This document shows positions 8,129 through 15,985 of a stretch of DNA of 20,000 bases, piece after piece. Where the stretch lies: the IMG/VR virus record IMGVR_UViG_2576861188_000003. One strand, written 5' to 3'. Under the pieces are notes generated by a model. It searched no databases. It had not been told where the DNA came from and was given only the letters and a program-made list of their open reading frames with translations. This DNA comes from an uncultured virus (IMG/VR IMGVR_UViG_2576861188_000003). Its lineage: Duplodnaviria; Heunggongvirae; Uroviricota; Caudoviricetes. The position numbers and the translations under genes are program-made. Position 1 is the first letter of the stretch. Each line of letters begins with the position of its first letter.

Positions 8129-8474
8129 ATTAATCGAGACATATCGCCGCCGAATTTTAAAAGCAGCGTTATTACGCCACCAGCGTAAAACAGGCAGTAA
8201 CTGCATTGTTATAAAGCTTAATAAAGGCGGAATTAACACGGTCGAGTTAACAGAGATTCTTCTCGATGGATTATTACGAAAATTCGAAAGGCTCGCGATC
8301 AGTGAGCACGGGAATGTCGAAGGCGTAAAAGCTATCAAGGGAATTTACAGCAGCGCTGTCGATGTTAATGGCAGTGGTGAATTTCTTACGGATAGCGGGA
8401 AGGAATTAATCGACGAGCTCATTTCTGAGTTGGTTGAGTTCGTCAAAAAACAAAAAGTGGAGGCCCGGATCTGA
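8121..8474 (+). CDS. Hypothetical phage early protein
   Basis: Strong GGAGGAG RBS; coupled to neighbours. Confidence 0.75.
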   Translation: MDKLIETYRRRILKAALLRHQRKTGSNCIVIKLNKGGINTVELTEILLDGLLRKFERLAISEHGNVEGVKAIKGIYSSAVDVNGSGEFLTDSGKELIDELISELVEFVKKQKVEARI

Positions 8475-8695
8475 TGGCGCTGACAGCGATACGAATTCCT
8501 GAGTGGGTACACCTGCGGGCGGTCCATGTACTCCGCCAGTTCAGAGCCAGGCGAATTCATCCCTGCCGAATGCACGGCTCCGGAAATCTGAGCCTGAGGG
8601 TTAATCGCCGCTGGCGGTTGCTGTCAAGAGACGGCGGTCAGAACTGGGAAGTAATGAGTCACGAACGATACAGCAAAGTTAAGGACCGGAAATGA
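8474..8695 (+). CDS. Small basic protein, possibly RelE/ParE-like fold
   Basis: 73 aa, Arg-rich; LSLRVNRRWRLL...WEVMSHERY pattern; TGATG coupling. Confidence 0.6.
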   Translation: MALTAIRIPEWVHLRAVHVLRQFRARRIHPCRMHGSGNLSLRVNRRWRLLSRDGGQNWEVMSHERYSKVKDRK

Positions 8696-9099
8696 ACGAT
8701 AAACGCATCAGCACCACCTCAATTGACAGCGCCTTTGCCAAAGAGCTGCAGCCCGTTTACGTCGTATCACGACACGGCTACTCGCGCCGCTTCCTCAGCA
8801 GGAGCGCAGCGATCAGCAACCTTGCTCACTACATGGTAACCAAAACTTTTCATCGTGCCGGTTTGAATACCAACGAACCAGATGAGCCAGTTTTCAGCAA
8901 CGGTATTTTGGTCAATCGCATGGGTCAGCACACACAACAATACCTCTTTGCGCACAAACGGTGCATGCGCCGTATTCGCCGAATTCTGGAACGTAAGCGC
9001 GAAACTCAGAAGTGGCTTGAGAAGTGGGACGCGATGCACGACCGCTACGTGAAAGATGTCGAGGCTCTGCAGTCCTGTAAACCTGACGGGGTGAAATGA
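8692..9099 (+). CDS. Hypothetical phage protein
   Basis: ATGA overlap, AAGGA RBS, 135 aa. Confidence 0.75.
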   Translation: MNDKRISTTSIDSAFAKELQPVYVVSRHGYSRRFLSRSAAISNLAHYMVTKTFHRAGLNTNEPDEPVFSNGILVNRMGQHTQQYLFAHKRCMRRIRRILERKRETQKWLEKWDAMHDRYVKDVEALQSCKPDGVK

Positions 9100-9191
9100 T
9101 GAAGTCTTTCATTCTCAGCATCATTGTTTCCATGCTGCTGGCGGCCACCGTTATCGGCGCGCTGATTGAATATAAATTTTTGGTGAGGTAG
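9096..9191 (+). CDS. 31-aa single-TM peptide (not in ORF track)
   Basis: MMKSFILSIIVSMLLAATVIGALIEYKFLVR; ATGA overlap, GGGGTG RBS; fills the gap to the next gene. Confidence 0.6.
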   Translation: MMKSFILSIIVSMLLAATVIGALIEYKFLVR

Positions 9192-9202
9192 CGAGGCGAT
9201 CC

Positions 9203-9511
9203 ATGAATAAGCCAGTTTTAGAAATTATTAAGCGTTGGACCCGTCTGGCAACAGAGGCCAAGCAGCTGGGGCTCACCACCATCCCTATCGACCCGGAAAA
9301 CATGTTGATGGTGCTGGGGGAGTTGCCGGCCAGTTCGGCTGAAAAGTCAGCCGATTGCCAGAATGACTATCAGGCTGCGATCGACATCTTGCGCGACAGA
9401 GCTGCTCGCGAACTCGATGGTGGTTTTCGCGCACATCACAACGCCCTGATTTATGCAGCTAATGAACTTGAAAACGCACAGGCTTTCGCAAAGGAGAACT
9501 TTAATGGCTAA
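9203..9511 (+). CDS. Hypothetical phage protein
   Basis: GAGG RBS; overlaps the next gene. Confidence 0.7.
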   Translation: MNKPVLEIIKRWTRLATEAKQLGLTTIPIDPENMLMVLGELPASSAEKSADCQNDYQAAIDILRDRAARELDGGFRAHHNALIYAANELENAQAFAKENFNG

Positions 9512-10586
9512 TTCATTCAAACAGATGACAAAATCTGGCGTTATTAAACGTACCGATACAGGGATGTTTATCAGCCTTGATCAAATCCATGTGCGTGAAG
9601 GTTTCAATAAGCGTGAAGACGACGAACGTACCCGCCAGGCTGATGATGACCTATTCAACTATCTGATGAACGGTGGTTCTGTTCCTCCGCTGGAGGTTAT
9701 TGCTCGTGATGAAGGTGGTGTGTGGGTTGTTGAAGGTCACCGCCGTCGTCGCTGCTATGCGCGCTGCGCTGAAGCTGGAAAGCCAGTAGACCGCATTCAC
9801 ATCATGCCGTTCAACGGTAACGATGTGCAGCGCTTGGCACGCATTATGACCAGCAATAACCAGCTCCCTCTCTCTGATATGGAACAGGCAGCAGTTATTC
9901 AGGAACTGCATAACGCCTTCAATCAGACTACCAGCGAGATCGCAAAACTGGTCAATAAATCAGTGGCCACGGTAGAGAAGTTGCTGCTCCTGAGCACGGC
10001 AAACCATGACGTTCAGCAGGAAGTTAAATCTGGTGCGGTGTCAGTCGATGTCGCGGTTGATCGCGTTATGGAGTATGGCGAACAGGCCGGAAAAGTTCTC
10101 CAGCACGACAAAGCAGTGGCAGCTGCGCAGGGTAAAACGAAAGTTACCCGTAGCTCTATCGCACCGGAACTGAGCATAAAGAGCGCGCGCCGTTTCGTTG
10201 AATTGATGGCTCAGGCCACGATCAGCGATGAAGGTGTTTTCACTCTTGAAGGTGCTGCTCTGGCCGAAGCACTGTCGATTATGGACGAGCAAAAAGCGAT
10301 TGCGGAAGCGCGTGAAACATACCGCCTTTCACAACCAATACCTGAAACAGAGGTGGTAGGAAAAACTCTTTACGTGAAGCTGGAAGGGATTGAGATCGGC
10401 ACCGCACAAATCTATCGAGGAAAGAACGTCATCCTGAATGGGATCGTCACCAGCCAGTCAAAGGCTGTGGCCCACTTTGTTAAACAATACAAACTTCAGC
10501 AGGATACGAACGCTGGAGAGGTTCAAGATGGCCCTAACAGTTTTTCAAACCGAAATCCTTTGCAGGAGGTCAGCCATGAGTCTTGA
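9504..10586 (+). CDS. ParB/Srx-like N-terminal domain protein with HTH
   Basis: VPPLEV...VWVVEGHRRRR (GxRR motif), HTH TTSEIAKLVNKSVATVEKLL; ATG at 9504 after AAGGAG. Confidence 0.82.
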   Translation: MANSFKQMTKSGVIKRTDTGMFISLDQIHVREGFNKREDDERTRQADDDLFNYLMNGGSVPPLEVIARDEGGVWVVEGHRRRRCYARCAEAGKPVDRIHIMPFNGNDVQRLARIMTSNNQLPLSDMEQAAVIQELHNAFNQTTSEIAKLVNKSVATVEKLLLLSTANHDVQQEVKSGAVSVDVAVDRVMEYGEQAGKVLQHDKAVAAAQGKTKVTRSSIAPELSIKSARRFVELMAQATISDEGVFTLEGAALAEALSIMDEQKAIAEARETYRLSQPIPETEVVGKTLYVKLEGIEIGTAQIYRGKNVILNGIVTSQSKAVAHFVKQYKLQQDTNAGEVQDGPNSFSNRNPLQEVSHES

Positions 10587-10785
10587 CTGTGTACCCCTTT
10601 CTACGTACTGCAGGGACGCGGGGGAAACGGTAGAAGCCGTTAACAAACGGATACAAAGGGGGTTATGGAAGGAGGGAGTACATGTATTAAAAGTCGATGG
10701 CGTTAAAGAACGCTGGATTGACTTAACGGAGGTTTCAAAGTGGGCAAGAAAGAACAAGGATCATTATCTCTCCCAAGAGGAGTAA
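10576..10785 (+). CDS. xis: Excisionase
   Basis: 69 aa, basic wHTH-like (AVNKRIQRGLWKEGVH...WIDLTEVSKW); AGGAGGT RBS; overlaps the int start. Confidence 0.85.
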   Translation: MSLDCVPLSTYCRDAGETVEAVNKRIQRGLWKEGVHVLKVDGVKERWIDLTEVSKWARKNKDHYLSQEE

Positions 10786-11912
10786 CCATACGCCAGCATA
10801 AAACTGGCGACACTCTGGTTATCACTTTCACATACAAAGGGGTTCTGTGCCGGGAGCCCCTCTCCAAAATGGAAGCAAACGCGCGCGGTGTGAAGTACGC
10901 CGAGCGCCTGCTCGGGGAGATACAAAACCAGATCGTCAGTGGCACCTTTGAATATGCGAAATATTTCCCCAACTCCAAAAAGCTGGAGCTGTTCGGGGTG
11001 GTGAAGAAAACCAAAAACATAAAGTCTTACCTGGACGAGTACCTGAAAATCTGCCAGAACCGCAACCTGTCCCCGTCGACTATCAACGGCTATGAAAAAT
11101 GCCTGTCGGCGCTGTCAGCACTGCATAAACTCCACGTGTCAGAACTGACGCCAGCGGTCCTTAAAAACTGGATAGCCAGCCGGAAAACAAAGCTGAAAAC
11201 GACCAGGAATAACCTTTCGTTTCTGCGCAGCGCCATCGATGAAGCTGTTACGGATGGCCTGCTGACCATAAACCCGGTAACCCTCGTCAGCGCCAGCCGA
11301 TACCACGTGATCGACAGCACCCCGAGCGCCGATGATTACGAGGTTGACCCTTTCACGCCAGCGGAGACCCTCGCCATTTACCAGAGCTGCAGGTACTCGG
11401 AATGGGAAAACCTGTTCCGCTTTGCTTTCAATACCGGTCTGCGGAGCTCCGAACTGTGCGCGCTGCGCTGGCCTGATCTCGACACCATCGCGAACACAGC
11501 CCACATTCAGGCGGCCAGTGTCGTAGGGGTACTTAAAGGCACCAAGACAAAAGCCGGTACCCGTAAGGTTGAGCTAAACAGTGAGGCGCTGGCAGCCCTG
11601 AAGGCGCAGAAACAATACACCTTTATGAAAAGTGAGTTTATATTCAGCGATCCGAAAACGGGAGAGCCCTGGGCGAACGCCGACGCGATCCGTAAAAAAG
11701 CATGGGTACCGACCCTAAAAAAAGCTGGCGTGCGCTATCGTAACCCGTACCAGACACGGCACACATTCGCCACCAAGCATATTAGCCAGGGTGTTAACCT
11801 CTTCTGGCTAGCCGGACAGATGGGCCACAAAGGGCCGGAAATGATATTCCGCAATTACGGTAAATATCTGGCTGAATATGACGGTAAAACCGCAAAAGAG
11901 GCAGTTAGGTAA
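10740..11912 (+). CDS. int: Tyrosine integrase with N-terminal arm-binding domain
   Basis: TGLRSSEL (R), KTKAG (K), YQTRHTFA, QMGH, NYGKY catalytic motifs. Confidence 0.95.
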   Translation: MGKKEQGSLSLPRGVTIRQHKTGDTLVITFTYKGVLCREPLSKMEANARGVKYAERLLGEIQNQIVSGTFEYAKYFPNSKKLELFGVVKKTKNIKSYLDEYLKICQNRNLSPSTINGYEKCLSALSALHKLHVSELTPAVLKNWIASRKTKLKTTRNNLSFLRSAIDEAVTDGLLTINPVTLVSASRYHVIDSTPSADDYEVDPFTPAETLAIYQSCRYSEWENLFRFAFNTGLRSSELCALRWPDLDTIANTAHIQAASVVGVLKGTKTKAGTRKVELNSEALAALKAQKQYTFMKSEFIFSDPKTGEPWANADAIRKKAWVPTLKKAGVRYRNPYQTRHTFATKHISQGVNLFWLAGQMGHKGPEMIFRNYGKYLAEYDGKTAKEAVR

Positions 11913-11924
11913 AATGTGAAGGAC

Positions 11925-11950
11925 AAAAAAACCCGGTGTTGACCGGGTTT
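11925..11950. terminator. Terminator between convergent int and the toxin-like gene (stronger on minus strand)
   Basis: AAAAAAACCCGGT-GTTG-ACCGGGTTT. Confidence 0.8.
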
Positions 11951-12416
11951 AAACATATTGCTGCATCGACTCAAGAATCAATCGTTTGTGTCTACGGAGC
12001 ATCGTTTCCGATAGCTCAACAGCTTCATAAATTGAGCGCAGACAATAGCCAGCAACACGTCCTTTATATGTCTGCGTATAGTTCGAAGTTATCTGCTCCT
12101 TGACTACTTCCAGATCAAACGCTTGATGGGCTTCTATACAATTTACGAACGAATCCCATTCAAGGAAGGGATGATCTGCTTCAAGCAAATCAACCTGGCA
12201 CTGAAGCAAATGGGGGCGAGCAAGGATGTACTCGCTAATATCTGAATTTATAAGCAAAACGAGAAGGGGTTCGCAGCAGCAAACCACCATGTATTTATGC
12301 TTCTCTGGAGTTGTAAAATCGCAGAAGAGATAAATCACATCACCAACAGAAAGTTGATGATGTGACGCAAAAGTTTGGGCAAAATTTGAAGGGAAAATGT
12401 CCCCTAAATTAGGCAT
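11949..12416 (-). CDS. Candidate toxin of a Panacea TA pair, possibly PemK/MazF-like fold
   Basis: Starts 1 nt after the Panacea stop; GDVIYLF...KHKYMVV...LINS...FLEWDSFVNC pattern resembles PemK/MazF. Confidence 0.6.
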   Translation of the reverse strand: MPNLGDIFPSNFAQTFASHHQLSVGDVIYLFCDFTTPEKHKYMVVCCCEPLLVLLINSDISEYILARPHLLQCQVDLLEADHPFLEWDSFVNCIEAHQAFDLEVVKEQITSNYTQTYKGRVAGYCLRSIYEAVELSETMLRRHKRLILESMQQYV

Positions 12417-12417
12417 T

Positions 12418-12957
12418 CTATCTTCCGCTGAAAAGATGGGAAATCAGTAAGTCAGCATCTTTACAGCTTCCGGCGATAACTTCCAGAGGGATTTCACCAT
12501 TTTCGTTTGCCGAAGACCAAACTTCATCGTGACTCATTTCACGAATCTGACCAAATGATAGCTTGCCAATCATCTCGATTGCCTCGTCAATACATTTAAG
12601 ATCAGAATCACTGAAAACATCATCATCAACAGGGCGCAAAGGCTCTACACGGTAGTTATGCGATTTCTCATAAACCCGAAGCGCTGACTTTATGTCTTCA
12701 ACTTCGATTCCATTTGGAATGAAGCGTCCCTTACCTTGGGCAATTTTGATGATGTCATAGGTGTTTTCTGCGACTGGGCCATCTTTCATAGCCTTGTACT
12801 CATCGCCGGTAATGAGACGACCATAACGCTCCAGGTGAGCGCGGTCAGCGTAGTAAAGGATTTTCCCGACATGGTAAATGTCAGGTACGGGTGCTTTAGA
12901 GGCTACATACAGAATGGCCTCTAAAGCCTTTTCTGAATCGAACCGAATCTTAAGCAT
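12418..12957 (-). CDS. Panacea-domain (DUF4065/SocA-like) antitoxin
   Basis: KILYYAD...YGRLITGDEYKAMKDGPV and IREMSH...W motifs typical of DUF4065; ATG at 12957 after AAAGGTG. Confidence 0.87.
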   Translation of the reverse strand: MLKIRFDSEKALEAILYVASKAPVPDIYHVGKILYYADRAHLERYGRLITGDEYKAMKDGPVAENTYDIIKIAQGKGRFIPNGIEVEDIKSALRVYEKSHNYRVEPLRPVDDDVFSDSDLKCIDEAIEMIGKLSFGQIREMSHDEVWSSANENGEIPLEVIAGSCKDADLLISHLFSGR

Positions 12958-13029
12958 CTCGACACCTTTCATACAAATGGCTTTATGAAGTAACAACTCA
13001 TTAGGACTTTTTGTCCTATCTAGGCACAG

Positions 13030-13057
13030 TTTATAGCCAGCTATAATGAATAATCAA
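13030..13057 (-). promoter_or_regulatory. Putative sigma70 promoter for the Panacea operon
   Basis: Minus strand TTGATT-N16-TATAAA, overlapped by short palindromes. Confidence 0.45.
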
Positions 13058-13329
13058 CCATTGGTTGATCATTTTAGAGGCATGTTTAGAGTCATTTCAT
13101 GCCAACATTTTACACGATACCTGCGCGTTCGATACATTTACCCCAAAGGTAAAGGCACATTGCTAGACAATCCTTACATTGTAAAGAGTTGCGAGCTCGC
13201 GAGAGTTTTCGTTGACAAAGCAAACAATAGCACTTTTTGCATAGGTTTTATGACGGAGATTACTAGGGCTTAATAATGCAGGAAATATTTCAAGATGTTG
13301 GACAGAATCAGGACGTTAGACAGACCTCA

Positions 13330-13393
13330 ATATGCACGTAAAATGCACTTGATGCCTGCCACAGTGACATAATTGTTTATTTTCAATGAGTTA
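13330..13393. promoter_or_regulatory. Phage att arm: ATGCAC direct repeats and IHF-like site
   Basis: ATGCAC at 13332 and 13343 (11-bp spacing); TTTCAATGAGTTA at 13381-13393 is one mismatch from the IHF consensus WATCAANNNNTTR. Confidence 0.5.
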
Positions 13394-13399
13394 AATACC

Positions 13400-13435
13400 T
13401 TTCGGACGCGAGTTCAACTCCCGCCAGCTCCACCA
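13400..13435 (+). other. ssrA: att site: displaced 3' fragment of tmRNA gene (prophage attR / satellite attL)
   Basis: TTTCGGACGCGAGTTCAACTCCCGCCAGCTCCACCA matches my recollection of the enterobacterial ssrA 3' end, except G>A at 13411; no upstream tmRNA body. Confidence 0.9.
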
Positions 13436-13466
13436 AATCATGATCCGGATACGTCCGGTGAAGTAC

Positions 13467-13503
13467 AGAAAGCCCGCATGGCATCAGCCCTTCGGGCTTT
13501 TTT
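13467..13503 (+). terminator. Terminator-like hairpin supplied by the satellite after the ssrA 3' end
   Basis: AGAAAGCCCG...CGGGCTTTTTT (also AGCCC-TTC-GGGCT followed by Ts). Confidence 0.65.
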
Positions 13504-13545
13504 GTGTCTGTCGTTGTCCGAGACGATCCGCCTGAATCCAGTAAA

Positions 13546-13601
13546 AATTGGTACACGTTTAGGTACACGCTATACTGTGGTCCATTAAACGTGTACCAAT
13601 T
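13546..13601. promoter_or_regulatory. 16-bp perfect inverted repeat flanking a -10 box upstream of the satellite integrase
   Basis: AATTGGTACACGTTTA (13546-13561) / TAAACGTGTACCAATT (13586-13601); extra GGTACACG at 13562; TATACT at 13571-13576. Confidence 0.7.
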
Positions 13602-13618
13602 ATGGAAGGAATCCAGAC

Positions 13619-14815
13619 ATGGCGCGCATCACACGCCCCCTAACTAACAACGAAATTCTAAAAACTAAACCCCGCGATAAAGACTTCACACTTCATGATG
13701 GTGATGGTCTGTTCTTACTCGTCAAAACCTCCGGTAAAAAACTCTGGCGCTTCCGTTATCAACGACCGGGAAGCAGCAGCCGAACAAATTTGAGCCTCGG
13801 CTCATACCCTGCCCTTACACTCGCAGCAGCTCGTCAGATACGCGACCAGCATTTAACTACTCTTGCGCATGGTACCGATCCCCAGCAGCAGGAAGAGCAA
13901 GTCTCTGAGCAGCGGCAGATTGAGTTGGACAGTATTTTCTCGACCGTGGCCGCCAACTGGTTTCAGCTCAAGAGTAAAAGCGTCACAGAGGATTATGCGA
14001 AAGATATTTGGCGTTCATTAGACAAAGATGTTTTCCCAGCTATCGGCGCAATACCTGTTCAGGAACTCAAAGCCAGAACAATTGTTGAAGCACTGGAGCC
14101 AATCAAAGCACGTGGGGCATTGGAGACAGTTCGACGTTTAGTGCAGCGAATTAACGAAATCATGATTTACGCCGTCAACACCGGCCTGATTGATGCTAAT
14201 CCGGCATCAGGTGTTGGTATGGCTTTTGAAAGACCCAAAAAGCAAAATATGCCTACGCTGCGGCCAGAAGAATTGCCAAAGTTGATGCGTTCTTTGGTTA
14301 TGTCGAACCTGTCTGTACCGACTCGCTGCCTGATTGAGTGGCAGCTCCTGACTCTTGTTCGCCCTTCTGAGGCCTCTGGTGCTCGGTGGGAAGAAATCGA
14401 TCTCGATGCCAAGCTTTGGACAATTCCAGCTGAACGGATGAAGGGCAAACGCGAGCACGTTGTTCCTTTATCTCCTCAGGCGCTATATATATTGGATGTG
14501 ATGAAGGCTATCAGTGCTCACCGGGAGCATGTTTTTCCAAGTAGAAATGATCCAAAGCAAGCAATGAACAGCCAAACGGCTAATGCAGCATTGAAGCGTA
14601 TCGGATATGGAGGCAAGCTAGTCGCACATGGTTTACGTTCAATAGCAAGCACAGCTCTGAATGAAGCGGGTTTTAACGCAGATGTTATTGAAGCTGCCTT
14701 GGCGCATACAGATAAAAATGAAGTTAGAAGGGCATATAATCGTTCAATCTATTTAGAGCAGCGAAAAGATTTAATGTCTTGGTGGGGTGTTTTTGTGAAT
14801 AAAACTAATAAATAA
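13619..14815 (+). CDS. intA: P4-family integrase (CP4-57 IntA/SlpA-like, ssrA-targeting)
   Basis: LHDGDGLFLLV...KLWRFRY arm domain; VRPSEA, MK..REHVVPL, HGLRSIAST, LAH, RAY motifs. Confidence 0.93.
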   Translation: MARITRPLTNNEILKTKPRDKDFTLHDGDGLFLLVKTSGKKLWRFRYQRPGSSSRTNLSLGSYPALTLAAARQIRDQHLTTLAHGTDPQQQEEQVSEQRQIELDSIFSTVAANWFQLKSKSVTEDYAKDIWRSLDKDVFPAIGAIPVQELKARTIVEALEPIKARGALETVRRLVQRINEIMIYAVNTGLIDANPASGVGMAFERPKKQNMPTLRPEELPKLMRSLVMSNLSVPTRCLIEWQLLTLVRPSEASGARWEEIDLDAKLWTIPAERMKGKREHVVPLSPQALYILDVMKAISAHREHVFPSRNDPKQAMNSQTANAALKRIGYGGKLVAHGLRSIASTALNEAGFNADVIEAALAHTDKNEVRRAYNRSIYLEQRKDLMSWWGVFVNKTNK

Positions 14816-14827
14816 GGATTACTACAC

Positions 14828-15985
14828 ATGGCAAACGAACTATTTAAAGCATTCAAAGCATCAGAGTTACATGATAAGAACATTAATTTCCTTATCGGCT
14901 CAGGTGCTTCAGCTTCGTATATACCAACGCTAAAGATTAATGATGATTTAACTTACGAGGATCTACTTACAGATAATAACTACTCTGACATAAACAACTT
15001 CATTTACTATCAATATTATAAAAATATTTTAAAAAAGAGTTTCTGTTTCCTGCCAAAAGCTGATGATACCAGATCGCGTAAAAGTCGCAGAAAAACATTA
15101 AATGCGTACATACAATTAATAGATAGCATTGTGCATTTAATTAATAGGAAAGGGGCAAACCAGATACGCAGAGCCAACATTTTCACTACAAACTATGATT
15201 TATTTTTCGAAAATGCTTCAGATAGGTTGCTTCGTGATTCTACAAATTTTATTTTTAACGATGGTGCTAGAGGCCTTAAAAAACGTCACCTTCAAATCAG
15301 TAATTTTCATACATCAACTTGGCATCAAGGTACAAATGACCTTTATAAATTCGAGATCCCAACAATAAACCTCATTAAAATGCATGGTTCTGTTTCATGG
15401 AATAAATATAGCGAAGAAAGAATTGAAGTAAATTACCCCAATCATTTCCCAGAAGATTTAGAAATTGATTTAGATATTCCAGACATACAAACCGCTGTAC
15501 AATTAGTAGAAGATTTTTCATTTATCGAAACCGCCAAAGAAAGTCTCAATCTTGCTGAGAAAGATGAATTAGCGTTAGAAGAATTCAGGAAAGAATACAA
15601 TAAACTTGCTATCGTAAACCCAACTAAAGCAAAATTTGAAGAAACTGTTTTCCAACAGCATTATTACCAATCATTAAGACTCTTGAGTTATGAACTTGAG
15701 AAGCCTCAAACTGTTTTAATATGTTTTGGTTTTTCTTTCAAAGATGAGCACATTCGAGAAATTATTTCTCGTTCTTTGAGTAACCCCTCGTTAATAGTTT
15801 ACATATTCTGCTATAAAAACAATGACAAGACCGCAATAAAAGAATTAATAAACAATAAAAAGATTGTTTTTATTTATCCAGAAAACGATGACGAAAATAA
15901 TGTGATTGATCTAGAAAGATTCATAGATTGTATTTTTTCCCTTAGCGGAACCGACTCAATGGAGGGATTAACATGCAGTTTATAA
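14828..15985 (+). CDS. SIR2-family NADase effector
   Basis: NFLIGSGAS, IFTTNYDLFFE, LIKMHGSVSW, GFSFKDEHI motifs; AT-rich. Confidence 0.92.
   Translation: MANELFKAFKASELHDKNINFLIGSGASASYIPTLKINDDLTYEDLLTDNNYSDINNFIYYQYYKNILKKSFCFLPKADDTRSRKSRRKTLNAYIQLIDSIVHLINRKGANQIRRANIFTTNYDLFFENASDRLLRDSTNFIFNDGARGLKKRHLQISNFHTSTWHQGTNDLYKFEIPTINLIKMHGSVSWNKYSEERIEVNYPNHFPEDLEIDLDIPDIQTAVQLVEDFSFIETAKESLNLAEKDELALEEFRKEYNKLAIVNPTKAKFEETVFQQHYYQSLRLLSYELEKPQTVLICFGFSFKDEHIREIISRSLSNPSLIVYIFCYKNNDKTAIKELINNKKIVFIYPENDDENNVIDLERFIDCIFSLSGTDSMEGLTCSL

Larger units (their letters stand above)
1..13435. mobile_element. Lambdoid prophage (lysis, Q, replication, immunity, early operon, xis/int), integrated at ssrA; continues beyond the left window edge
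   Basis: Canonical gene order lysis-Q-replication-cro/cI-early genes-xis-int, ending at an ssrA 3' fragment. Confidence 0.95.

Noticed and set aside
13400..13435. Intact tRNA or tmRNA gene
   Set aside because: Only the T-arm and acceptor 3' strand with CCA are present; upstream sequence is phage att arm, and the T-stem has a mismatch
13046..13588. ORFs 13046-13273, 13373-13588 and 13383-13568
   Set aside because: No recognisable motifs; they span promoter and att/terminator sequence and are probably spurious
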